This document shows positions 1-12,033 of a stretch of 64,000 nucleotides of DNA, piece by piece (within the stretch, counting starts at the first letter, position 1; each line of letters starts with the position of its first letter). Position numbers and translations under genes: made by a program. The notes under the pieces were generated by a model. The model did no database searches and was not told where the DNA came from. It saw only the letters and a list, made by a program, of their open reading frames with translations. The DNA is from Octopus vulgaris (Eukaryota). The stretch is from positions 37,262,001 to 37,326,000 of the forward strand of contig OX597840.1 of assembly GCA_951406725.2 (NCBI GenBank). Reading direction: 5' to 3'.

Positions 1-58
1 GGGACAGCGAGACATTCGCCATATTTTCGAATGTCGTTATAGATTAATAATGAAAAGT

Positions 59-441
59 GGAGACGCAATGTCCCAGTGGTTACGGCAGCGGACTCGCGGT
101 CATAGGATCACGATTTCGATTCCCAGACCGGGCGTTGTGAGTGTTTATTGAGCGAAAACACCTAAAGCTCCACGAGTCTCCAGCAGGGGATGGTGGTGAT
201 CCCTGCTGTACTCTTTCACCACAACTTTCTCTCACTCTTACTTCCTGTTTCTGTTGTACGTGTATTTCAAAGGGCCGGCCTTGTCACACTCTGTGTCACG
301 CTGAATATCCCCGAGAACTACGTTAAGGGTACACGTGTCTGTGGAGTGATCAGCCACTTACACGTTAATTTCACGAGCAGGCTGTTCCGTTGATTCGGAT
401 CAACCGGAACCCTCGTCGTCGTAACCGACGGAGTGCTTCCA
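59..441 (+). mobile_element. tRNA-derived SINE, family A (full-length copy)
   Basis: tRNA-like head with A/B-box-like motifs (cccagtggtta...gatttcgattccc). Closely similar reverse-complement copy at 6181-6564. Possible 11-bp TSD aataatgaaaa (46-56) / aatagtgaaaa (441-451). Confidence 0.9.
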
Positions 442-779
442 ATAGTGAAAATATTAAGAGATCTAAAATTTTAGAAAGCTTTTATTTTGTTTTATTTAAG
501 TTTCAGCTTATGTATTGATTTAAATTTGTAAATGGAAACACGTGTACTAAATAAATGGAAATATAGAAATTTCAAAAATGTATGTTTTTTTTTTATTTCA
601 GTTTTCAGAACTGCTGTGAAACTTATTTTAAACATTCATTTTCGATATATATTTTGGTCTGAAAACTCTACACGTAGGCTCCAAACGAAAGGAAAGAAAA
701 AAAGAAAAGAAATGGTTGTACATACGCACACACTAGTGTATGTGTATGTGTGGGTTTGTCTCTGCGAGTACACGTACCT

Positions 780-1104
780 GTAGATAATACACATGTATAA
801 ATGCATGTGCATATGTATGCATATATATGTATATATGCGCTTATGTATGTATCTGCGTAGATATTTCTAAAATTTTAACGGCAAAATGTGCACATATAAG
901 CACATATACAATACATGTACACACACACACACCTGTTTCTTGATATCTAAGTATATGTGTACTAATATATTTTGCATATTAATATAGACAAGCATATACA
1001 CACAAACGTAAAAGTATATGCGTATATATATATATATATATATATGCAAATATATATATATGCAAATATATATGCACACATACAGACACACACACACAGA
1101 CATA

Positions 1105-1140
<36 letters not shown>

Positions 1141-1500
1141 AATCATGTCTATATTTATCTCCCCCTCTAAATACATATATATATGCATACGGCTACATAT
1201 ACACTTTCTGTCTCTGTATATTTACGTATATGTACATAACACAGTCACATGCATATACAACATGTATATATATATATGTTTACACGAATAAGTGTATAAA
1301 ATTATATGTTTAAAACTTATGTAGTTATAGTTTTATACATATAATTTTATACATTTATTCGTGTAAACATATATATATATATATGAATGTTGTATATGTA
1401 TATGCATGTAACTGTGTTAAGTACATATACATAAATATACAGAGAGAGAGAGAGAGAGGGTGAGAGAGAGAGAGAGAGAGGTGTATATGCTATATACACA
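780..1500. repeat. Compound (TA)n/(CA)n/(GA)n microsatellite region
   Basis: Dinucleotide runs read directly; source of spurious IY/HT/CV ORFs. Confidence 0.9.
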
Positions 1501-2160
1501 TGTGCAAACGTTCTTGGATGATAATCTGAACAGAAATTTGTTTTTCCACGGAATTTTCAGAAGTATTTAAGTTTTCCAGTTTGTTTTTGTTGTTATGAAA
1601 TACAAATTAAAAAAAAAAAAATAATAATAATACAAGTAAGACATAGCAAAAAAAAAACATACGACCAATTACCAGGTGAGAGCTAAAAGTATGTTTTTAT
1701 TAACTTTCATGTTTCGTCTGTTCGTGTGATCACTTAGTGTGAAGAAGAAGAAGAACAACAACGATATTTCAAAATATTTTCGTTCAATTATAGATGAATC
1801 TTCAAAATATGAAATTAATTTAAATGTTGCATTTATTTTCTTCTTAAATATTTTTAGCGATAAAATTGAGCAGATGAAAAAAAAAATCATTATTTAATAC
1901 AGAGTTGGTTCAGAAGTTGGTAACCTTGCCAAGTCTGTTTTATTGGCACTCATTACCAAGCGCACTGTGCCCGGAATGAAACGGTTGTAACCGTAGTCGT
2001 TGTTAATTAATAGAACTGATATATACATAAATATATACATGCGTATATATATATGCGTGTGTGTGAGTATGTATGCATACATACATATTCCTATATACAT
2101 ACACTCACACACATATATGTATATATATATATATATATATATAATACGTGACAATCAGTT

Positions 2161-2230
2161 GTTCGTTATAATAAAACTCAGAGTTTCGGATTACGGGGCT
2201 GAAGTCTGCTCCGAGTTTTATTATGACAAC
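2161..2230 (-). repeat. Hairpin with partial hammerhead-like core (Penelope-type remnant)
   Basis: Inverted arms ataataaaactc / gagttttattat. The minus strand has gga...tcc-GAAAC-TC but no CUGANGA box. Confidence 0.5.
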
Positions 2231-2312
2231 TAATTGTCACATTGTATTTATGGATAAATTCTTTTATTTCATATAATATCGATGTGTCATTAATTCTTTT
2301 GTTGTCATATTA

Positions 2313-2371
<59 letters not shown>

Positions 2372-2460
2372 ATATATTACAACAAAAGCAGAGAAAGCAC
2401 GTAAATGCGAAACAAGTTGGAAAAAATAGTACCCAACCTAATACCATAGATAGAGTAATG

Positions 2461-2626
2461 TTTTATTAAAAAGCATCAAAGATATAACAAGAGCTGTTAC
2501 TCAGAGTATCAAATTCCCGTTAGTTGGACAGTTTTGTTTAGAATTCTAAATAAAACTAACCGATGAATGGGACCGTGAAACCCCGAGTAACAGTTTTTGT
2601 GATATTTTTGCTGCTTTATAATAAAG
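2461..2626. repeat. Imperfect 166-bp palindrome centred on gaattc (2541-2546)
   Basis: Arms compared block by block (e.g. aagcatcaaa / tttgctgctt; ctgttactc / gagtaacag). Right arm carries a decayed c(c)gatga...gaaac hammerhead-like motif. Confidence 0.85.
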
Positions 2627-2724
2627 TGTATACATATATATACATATATAAATATATGAAAAAATAAATGGAGGTGTAAATCAAATATTTATAAATATAT
2701 ATATGATCCCTATTGATCACTTCA

Positions 2725-3432
2725 TGAGGTAGTGTGTCGATTGACATCGCTGTATTTACTTCGTAAGTTGTGAAATTTGTGTTTGCCTCATCACCTGTAT
2801 GCTGTCGTCTGCGATTTTCTCATGGACAGGAACAGAGATCCAACATGAAATTTGTGAAGTCTGCTACATAGACATTGAGCATTTTATCGCAACCTTACGA
2901 AGCCGATGAGCCATCTGGAAGTCCTGCTACGAGCCTCAGCTCTGAAATATGGTATGGTGCATCGAGAGCTTGTCTCCCGATGCCAGACCGTCAATCGAGA
3001 GTTCAACTGTGACATTTTGAAGCGTTTGAGGCAAAAGCGACCGTATCTGTGACGTGCAAAGAATTGGATTCTTCACGACGACAATGCACCCTGGGTATTG
3101 CTCGTAAGTTTCTCGCTCAAAAAAAAAAAATACATATTGCTTCCACTCCTGCCCTCTTCGCCAGATTTAGCATCTACCAACTCCCATCTCTTCCTCAAAA
3201 TGAAAATGCAGATCAAAAGTCGCCGCTTTAATACCGTTGTCGGGATCCAGATCGAATCGCAGAGGTTTCTTGACTCGCTTACAGAAAAAAAGACCTCCAG
3301 GCCATATTCCAAAAATGGCAAGAACACCAAGACGAGTGTATTGCTGCGCAAGGTGACTACTTCGAAGGTGATTATGTTAAAACCTAATTAAATAATTTAT
3401 TTTTTATTAAACATTTTTGATACCACCTAGTA
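2725..3432 (+). mobile_element. Decayed mariner (Tc1/mariner) transposon with transposase remnant
   Basis: Translated motifs WILHDDNAP, SPDLA...LF.KMK, CIAAQGDYFEG across frameshifts. 3' TIR-like end tttttgataccacctag followed by TA. Confidence 0.85.
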
Positions 3433-3817
3433 TATGTACTAACTTTCCGCATCTTCCTCGGAAAGAAAGGCTTCCAGCATTGAAATCGGTAATAACAGAC
3501 AATAACCAGCGAGTTACTCAGAAGATTATATACACGCGTAGTTACAAAATATTTCTACCAGGGAATTAATCCTCAGATTTGAATAGTGAGCATCTACTCG
3601 TTTTAAAACAGTACTGTTATATACCAAAATTATTTTGCAATATTCAGAATTACCCAGACACAAAAACCGCGCCAATAGAAATCAATGGAGATGACTAATG
3701 GATAAGATATAATTGTGATTAGGGAGGCTTATATGTACTGCATATGTATAGCATGTTAATCCTAATTAATTATCGTCATGTATTATAAAATATTATTCAT
3801 GAAATATGCATACTCAC

Positions 3818-3950
3818 TTATCGATAAAATCGCCATAAACTTTCGCTTTGCAGAACAAACAAATACTTAAGTGGAACAGCATTCAGTAAAACCAATATTT
3901 ATCATAAGAGTTACTCACCTGAAAAATGAAACAAAAATATTTAAGCTTAA
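3818..3950 (-). other. Candidate recursive splice site (AG|GT at 3919/3918) with 101-nt RS-exon
   Basis: Minus strand reads ttaaatatttttgtttcatttttcAG|GTGAGTaa. A second donor taa|GTGAGTa sits at 3817, 101 nt downstream. Confidence 0.55.
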
Positions 3951-4639
3951 TTTGCATAAATGTCGCTTCATTTAAAACGAGATAAGAATAACAAAAACCA
4001 ATGCTAATAATGTTTTAGTACAAAGAAATGTCAGTGATTTGGGGTCAGAGAGTGCGACAATACCATTGAACACTCTTCTACATTGGAATTTTCATTTATC
4101 GATCCGTTAAGGATAAGAGTCCCGAAATAAATCCGGAAATTCATGCTGTGCGGGACTCTTCGAAATCTGTCAGTTCACTTTCATTTGTATTGGTTCTTGA
4201 TGTAAGCAAAGGGTCAACAATTTTGAGTCGAGTGTTGTGTTTGGGGTGGGGGAGAGAGTCGAATACAGTGACCCCTGTAATACATTTACATGATTTGTAC
4301 AATAAGGGCATTAATTTACGCACAAGGTTTATAATTTGGCATGTCAATAGGTTGGAATCCGTTACTGTACATGTAATTGATTTTATCAACATTTATTGGA
4401 CAAAGTTGACCGCGGCGAAATTTGAAGTTTGGTAAGGGAATCAGAATAAAGATCACAAAACATGATTTCCAGCGCTCCACCGATTCAGTGAATACTGATG
4501 GTCACTCACAAATATTTTGACTGATGACTGCTTGACGGAAAAAGGTTAAATGAAACGATTATTAAAAATAAAGGAATCTGCATCTATTTGTGAGGGACGA
4601 GTGGAATATAATTTGACTGCAGGAATGGATTTTGCTAAG

Positions 4640-4980
4640 AAGTCTCAATAGGAATATTAAGGATTTTGATTTTGCATAAGATTGGGCGAATGTGTTTTTT
4701 TTTATTGCAGACTGTAATACTTTTATTGTTCTGTCTCTTTTACCCGAATTGTTTACATGCAAAGTGGCACATTCAACGCCTCCCAAGATGTTAAAATAAA
4801 TTCTAAGGATTTTAGCGATTGTTTCAAATTATCTTCAGGCAAAAAGTATCTTCTGGAACGGATGACTATAATACACAAGGGTAAAGTGGAATCTTCTGAT
4901 GGTGTAGAATTATTCAACAGTTAGAGAATCAAGTATATCGAGATGGATGGATACAAGTATTTGGATATTTTGGAGTATGA
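4640..4980 (+). mobile_element. Highly decayed Tc1-like transposase fragment
   Basis: DWANVFF (cf. W..VxFSDE) and [11 protein letters not shown] (cf. M....Y..ILE) motifs. Confidence 0.4.
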
Positions 4981-5095
4981 AAAAATGAAGAAGAAGAAAG
5001 AGATGAAGGAAAGCTTTAGGCGAGAATATCACAAAAGAAAGAAATTCATTATGAAAACAAGACTCAATGGAAAGAATAAGATCTCTCTCTCTCTC

Positions 5096-5140
<45 letters not shown>

Positions 5141-5301
5141 TACACACATATATATATATATGTGTGTATGTACATATCTATACATATACACACATATATC
5201 TATATATATACATACGCACACATATTATATATATGTATGTATTATTATTATTTCTAAATCTCTCTGAAGGAGACTACGGCAGCAGTGCTGAGTATTCCTA
5301 G

Positions 5302-5420
5302 TTATCGCCGAGCTAACATGGTAGTCTAAAAAAATAGGACGAATGCTGCCGTTGATTAGCTCCAAGAGGCCTCGCATCTAGCTAGTTATATGACACACAA
5401 ACATATATCTATGACAACCT
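5302..5420. repeat. Unclassified interspersed repeat, second copy at 7290-7410
   Basis: Shared blocks ttatcgcc.ag.t.acatg, ggacgaat, cgttgattagctcc, tgacacacaaa in both copies. Confidence 0.65.
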
Positions 5421-5466
5421 TTTAACAGGGCATGTCAGCAGCCTCCCCATGCTGGTTCATGTATGG

Positions 5467-5517
<51 letters not shown>

Positions 5518-5787
5518 GTATGTATTGCATAAAAGATCGTGGGTAAGGCCAAAACAATGCAAAGTAAATGGAAGGTAAATCACAAGAGAAAAAATATGTG
5601 AATTAATGTAGACTTACCCTGTATTCAATATTTAGGGGTTATAACCCCAGTTTCAAGAAATTGACAAACGCTGCCGATGTGGGAACATTGGGCAACATAC
5701 AGAAACACACACATATATCTATATATATGTATATATACCCATAATTTATCGACTGCTATTTGCAGTAAACATTGGTGACTTGTATCA

Positions 5788-5818
<31 letters not shown>

Positions 5819-5979
5819 AAATATAAGGTATAAGTTAGAGGTGTTTAAACCCTCTGAAGGATAGATGTATCCAGAAGCACTCCGAGTAATAACTTTAATA
5901 TGTATCGTCCTTGTTATAAGGTATACAGCAGCAGCCAATTTAAAGGTAAACCGTAGTTTAATTTATATATCGACAATAA

Positions 5980-6127
5980 GAAAATGGAGGATAAATAACA
6001 ATGGGAAGTGGGTCTTTGGTGCTAAAAAGCTATTATTTAATTACTTAAGAAAGATCTTTCTTAACGAATTAAATAATGGCTTTTTAGCACCAAATACCCA
6101 CCTCTCATTGTTATTTATTCCTACATC

Positions 6128-6130
<3 letters not shown>
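5980..6130. repeat. ~150-bp palindromic (foldback) element centred on agatct (6052-6057)
   Basis: Arms ataaataacaatgggaagtgggtctttggtgctaaaaagc... / ...gctttttagcaccaaatacccacctctcattgttatttat. Perfect central ttaagaaagatctttcttaa. Abuts (TA)n. Confidence 0.9.
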
Positions 6131-6180
<50 letters not shown>

Positions 6181-6182
<2 letters not shown>

Positions 6183-6564
6183 GAGCACTCCGTCGCTTAC
6201 GACGACGAGGGTTCCGGTTGATCTGAATCAACGGAACAGCCTGCTCGTGAAATTAACGTGTAAGTGGCTGAGCACTCCACAGTCACGTGTACCCTTAACG
6301 TAGTTCTCGGGGATATTCAGCGTGACACAGAGAGTGACAAGGCCGGCCCCTTTGAAATACAGGTACAACAGAAACAGGAAGTAAGAGTGAGAGAAAGTTG
6401 TGGTGAAAGAGTACAGCAGGGATCACCACCATCCCCTGCCAGAGCTTCGTGGAGCTTTTAGGTGTTTTCGCTCAATAAACACTCACACCGCCCGGTCTGG
6501 GAATCGAAACCACGATCCTATGACCCCGAGTCCGCTGCCCTAACCACTGGGCCATTGCGCCTCC
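6181..6564 (-). mobile_element. tRNA-derived SINE, family A (full-length, inverted relative to 59-441)
   Basis: Reverse complement of 59-441 along its length; inserted in a (TA)n tract. Confidence 0.9.
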
Positions 6565-6985
6565 ATATATATATATATATATATATGCATAATGTGGGCA
6601 TAGATGACTGTGTATATGCCGTAGTATATGCACGACACGTCTTTCCACCGTCGTATATCTTTCAGTGTCATCATTATGCGATCTCCATGTTACTGCAGTA
6701 AAATTCTTCCAGCCTGTTTCCGCATCGATATGTGTTGTACAACAGAGGCTGATAATTGTATTAAGAGAGGCGGAAAATTGGTTTGTAACGAAAAAATATG
6801 GGTGGAGGCTCTATAAATAACTATACGTATATGGACGTATATATGTACTCACATCTGTTTACATGTGTGTGTGTACACGCAATATATATCTATATATCTA
6901 TGTATGTATATGTCTGTCTATCTATATATATATATATATAAGTGTGTGTGCATGTATATATAAATAATATGTATAAATGCATCTA

Positions 6986-7140
6986 TACGATGGGCTTCTT
7001 TCAGTTTTCGTCTGTCTACCAAATCCACTCACAAGGCTTTGGTTAGCTCACGGTTATAATTGAAGGCACTCTCCCAAGTTGCCACGCTGTGGGTCCGAAC
7101 CCAGAACTATGTGATTGGGAAGGAAACTTCTTAAAACACA
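6986..7140 (-). mobile_element. SINE family C, partial degenerate copy
   Basis: gggcttctttcagtttt...ccaaatccactcacaaggctttgg matches 48160-48300. Confidence 0.75.
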
Positions 7141-7246
7141 AACGCATACATATATATGTAAACACATATGTCTACACACACACACACACACTAATACGCA
7201 CACACAAATATACATATTATATATATGTGTGTGTGTGTGTGTATAA

Positions 7247-7282
<36 letters not shown>

Positions 7283-7583
7283 TAATATTTATCGCCAAGT
7301 TGACATGACAGACCAGAGAAATTGGACGAATCCTGGCGTTGATTAGCTCCGACAGGCCATCGCCTCTAGCAAGCTGTGTGACACACAAATCTGCGTCCAT
7401 TACAACCCTGTTCGATTTTGCACTTGTAGTGCCGTTAGCGATAAATGGTGGTGATGTTGGTGGTGAAGACGATTCTGCTGCTAAAGTTGATAGTAGTTTT
7501 GGTAGCTGTAATGCTAATGACACTTTAGATAAAAGAGGAATTCTTGCAGAAAGGCAAGAACATGGAGAGAGAGAGAGAGAGAC

Positions 7584-7628
<45 letters not shown>

Positions 7629-8264
7629 CAGATGAGTTTACTTAACGTTGACCTGTTTTTGTGAGAAAATGGCTGTTCTGTGATTGTCTTCTCGCTGTAC
7701 AAATCTGTGTTATAAATGCGTCTACAAAAGATTTCTGGGGTGTGTATATGTGTGCGTAGAATATCTATACTGTGTGTGTGTGTGTGTCTGGCGATGTATG
7801 TTCTCAGCCAGGTTGTGTATTTCTGTGTATGTTTGGTTGTGTCTGTTGCATGTACGTGCTTTTGTGTGTAGGTTACTTGTGTTTTCCTATGTGTATGCGT
7901 TTGAGTATGTATACCTGTGTGTTTGTGTGTGTGTGTGAGAGTGGGAACGAGAGAAAAAGAGAGAGAGTCTCTCTGCTTTGCTTGTGTGTGCGTGTCTGGT
8001 GCATATTTTGTGTTCTGAGACTTGAGCTTGCCTGCGTGTAGCATAAATACTTATGCATGTGTATGTATGTTGTTTTTATGTTCGCACGTGTCTGCTAGAA
8101 ATGTATGTTCGCTTTTTGGTGTGCGTGTATATTTGAATTGAATGTGTGCATATATATATATATGTGTGTGTGTATTGTATGAGTATGTGTCCGTGTGTGT
8201 TACAAATGTGTGCTAATGTTTGGATGTCACTATGCACACACACAGACACACGCTCACACACACA

Positions 8265-8309
<45 letters not shown>

Positions 8310-8832
8310 CATATGGATACATATCCATTGTCTATTTGAGTTGTGATCTGGTGAGGGAATCATATTACGTATTTATTTGTATATGCGTTTCTATAGGTGT
8401 GTATGCACATGTAGTACGTGTGTATACAAATGTGTGTGTACATGTGTGTGTGTGTGTGTGTGTGTACTCTTAATTTTACCTGGCTTCCGCACTGTTACAT
8501 ATTCTTTTTTTTACCGTCGACTGTTTTGTTTTTTCTTCCACATTTTTTTTTCTTTTTAACTTTATTCCGTTTTCATTTTCTCTATTGATTAATTTTTCCC
8601 AGTTTTTTGAAAATTTCATTATGTTTTATTTGTTTCTGTTTGTTTGTTTGTTTACTTGAGGTCGAGTTTACTTTTGATACAAGAATTATGAATATCAGGT
8701 GGGAATTAAACGGGTGAAGAGATAAAATTATTTAGAAATCAGCTTAAAAAATGAATAAAGATATTTCTCGGTCTTTTTTTTATGGTTGTTAAATGTTGAT
8801 GGCTTCGACTACTTTTAATATTTCAAATATTC

Positions 8833-9049
8833 AAGTCGGTGAACTGGCATAATCGTTAGCACGCCGGATAGAATGTGTTGCAGCATTTGATCCGTGTTTA
8901 CATTTTAAGTAAATTCAGTTGAAGTCGACTTTGCCTTTCATCATTTTGGGGTCGATAAATTAAGTACCAGTTGAATAGTGACGTTGATGTAATCAACCGT
9001 CATCTTTCTTCGAAATAGCTGGCATTGCGCCGAAGCCTTAAATCAATAT
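8833..9049 (+). mobile_element. tRNA-derived SINE, family B
   Basis: Head ...gaactggcataatcgttagcacgccgg and central gtcgactttgcctttcatc...ggggtcgataaattaagtaccag. Homologous to 12562-12777, 38108-38292 and 53585-53804. Confidence 0.8.
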
Positions 9050-9156
9050 TTGGAATGCTTAATACAAGGAGTTGGCAGAAGCGTTAGGACGCCGGACAAA
9101 ATGCTTAGGGCAATTCAGCAAATAATAGCGTCTTATAAGCTGAAAGCTTATAAGTC

Positions 9157-9550
9157 ATCACCGTGTAATGATTAAAGAAAATACTCTAATTACGGAGCAT
9201 ATAAGCCCTCGACAGGAAAAAAGCAGGTTTTCCCGTATGCATGGGACTCGAACCCACACCTTTTTTGTTTTCGCGACAAGAATGCCACGATTAAAGTCGA
9301 CGCTGCTTAAGAAAATCCTTCGCAGTAAAATCACTTGAAAATTCGTTTACATAAAAAAACAACTATGAACTAATTATAGTTCCTAAATCAGAGAGAATTA
9401 AGTTGTATGCAAGTGTAATAGTAGCATTCTTGGCCTGAAAACAAAGAGGTCTGGGTTCGAATCCCTTGCGTAAGGGAAAACCGACTTTTTTCCGTCGAGG
9501 TCTTATATAGCCCATTATTAGACTATTTTCTCAAGTCATTGCGCCGTGAC
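9157..9550. repeat. Inverted pair of ~135-bp tRNA-headed repeats (9157-9293 minus, 9416-9550 plus)
   Basis: Arms align as reverse complements at roughly 80% by eye. B-box ggttcgaatcc in the right arm and its complement in the left arm. Confidence 0.85.
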
Positions 9551-9689
9551 ACCACTCAGTTCGCTTCCAAACCAGCCAAATGGATTGACCCTGAAGAAGC
9601 TGCACAGAAAGTCGTGCCAATTTGTATCAACACTAATCTGTGTATCTGAAACACGTGTAGGATATAAATATGTAGGAGATGATAATATG

Positions 9690-10003
9690 CTTTATCACCG
9701 TGACTGAACAGGCTATCAGATGTTGCTACACATCGCTGGTCACAATGCGCTTCGCATTGTTTTTTTTTAGCCTTCAAATGACGCCACCCCGCTGGCTAAG
9801 CGAGCAGGCCAACAGAAGAAAGAGTGAGAGAAAGTTGTGGCGAAAGAGTACAGCAGGGATCGCCCCCCCCCCCCCCTGCAGGAGCCTCGTGGAGCATTAG
9901 GTGTTTTCGCTCAATAAACACTCACAACACCCGGTCTGGGAATAGAAACCGCGATCCTACGACCGCGAGTCCGCTGCCCAAACCACTAGGCCATTGCGCC
10001 TCC
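9690..10003 (-). mobile_element. SINE with family-A head but a different 3' tail (sister family)
   Basis: 9820-10003 matches the 5' half of family A; 9690-9815 is unrelated to the family-A tail. Confidence 0.8.
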
Positions 10004-11404
10004 ACAATATGCTTTATATCATTGTAAAATATGAGAAAATAAATTTTGAGTATGTGCAAGTTTCCGTGTTCTCTATCGTTCTAATTATTGCTAGTATACA
10101 CTCCAGATTATATTACCGTTCAGTGAAGCGAACACTGAACACCCACCGAGGAAGTTACAGAGTGACTGACAGCTAATACTTGTCATAGACGTTAAATACT
10201 GATCGATGTGGCTAGCCGTAACCTGGAACTTAATTGAGAGCCACCACAGTATCAGTCCGAATGGTATATCCCACAAAATCTCTATCTCTCTCGTGCACAC
10301 ACACATACACACACACATACATACACACACACACACATACACACATACACACATACATACATACAAGGATATGGGTATAACCCAGGCGATTACCCCATAG
10401 GCATTTCATGGATAAACAACGTGTGTATCGTAGTGTTGCAAACTACCGAAGGAAGCTTAGTTGTATTTCGTTAATTACTCAAGGAGTACAGCACCAATTC
10501 AAGATACAAATCCAGTAGCCATGCCATAATCCTCATAGAGCAAAAATTAATAATTTTAATTGAGGTAAAGGGAACGCAAAGCAATGTTACGTATGTCACC
10601 GTGAACCAACGTTTTTTTATTTTATAATAAAATACAAGTTATACATTTCAGGTAACAAAATTCGCGTTCATTCACATTGTCAAACATTTTTACATGATTC
10701 CAAGTCAGCTTATGAAATACAACCTCGGGATATACTTTCCACTGTAATATGCCCTTGTCAACAAGATACAACTAACCCCCAAATACACGTAAGTCTTTAT
10801 TCTATCATCTACCGAGAATGTAATCTATCACGTTAATCAAAATGAAAGTAAAATCTGTTAAATTCCACCAACGGTTCAAACTTTGTCCCGTACATCAACA
10901 GTTCAAGCAGTGGGACGTTTTGTTTGGCGACATTTCTTCATTCACAGGCAAACACTATACAGGGTCGAAGGCGATTATAACACCGTTAAAACAAATAAGG
11001 AGTGAGGAGATATACATCAACCACCAACTCATTTCGTACACCAACTGCTTCACCTCCTCCTCCTCCAACAGCTTTTTTTCTGCCCCTTCTCTCTAGGCCT
11101 GCTTTATTAAAAGGGGTTCGTCAACAGAAGCGACAGTAATATTGATTTGACTTCACGTTTATTATATTAATATATATATATGTGTGTGAGTGAATGTATG
11201 TATGTATGTATGTATGAATTAAGTGAATAAAAGTGAATCAAATATATATATATATATATAATATTGATTTGATTTCACGTTTATTATATATGTGTGTATG
11301 AGTAAATGTAAGTATATATGTATGAAATAATTGAATAAAAGTGAATCAAATATATATATATATATATACACACATACACACACACACATATATATATATA
11401 TACA

Positions 11405-11435
<31 letters not shown>

Positions 11436-11982
11436 CACAAACATACAAATATAAATGTATGTATGCATGGATGTACCACTCTCTGAATAAATGTATGCTT
11501 GTGTGTGCGTGCATATAAAATTAGAAAGAAAGAAAAAACAAACAAAGACGTTGTTGGCTGAGATGAAGCAGTGAAGTGTTTATAATTTAAATATGTCTTG
11601 AAAAATGCGTAAATCTGTTGTGTGTTATTGCGAAAATAACATGATCTCGTTGTGATAAGAACGAAGATAATAAAATATGCAATCAGCACAAGAGAAAAAT
11701 GAATATTTTTAGCAAACAATAGGGATTAAAGATTATTTGTTCAGACTATAATTCCTGTTTTATTTTCATGCAAAGAATAGAAAAAAAATATTTTTGTTTT
11801 ATTGTGATTTTCTTCCAATTGTTGATCAACACAATATCATCTTCAGATTATTTGCCAAACATAAATTTTATTAAATTCATATCAAATTTTGCAATATTTT
11901 TAAAGGAAGAAAACCAAATATGTTTTATACTTTTTAAAGATTTACTGACACGCCAATAGTAAATTGTACAATTACAACAACT

Positions 11983-12033
<51 letters not shown>

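Noticed and set aside
59-135. tRNA gene-like sequences (also in other SINE heads)
   Set aside because: They continue into SINE bodies and no complete cloverleaf was evident.
1894-2020. ORF tail GYNRFIPGTVRLVMSANKTDLARLPTSEPTLY as a last coding exon
   Set aside because: Acceptor lies in TA repeat without a pyrimidine tract, and no protein family was recognised.
10856-11135. Possible minus-strand LTR (TG...CA)
   Set aside because: No TSD, PBS or second copy was found.
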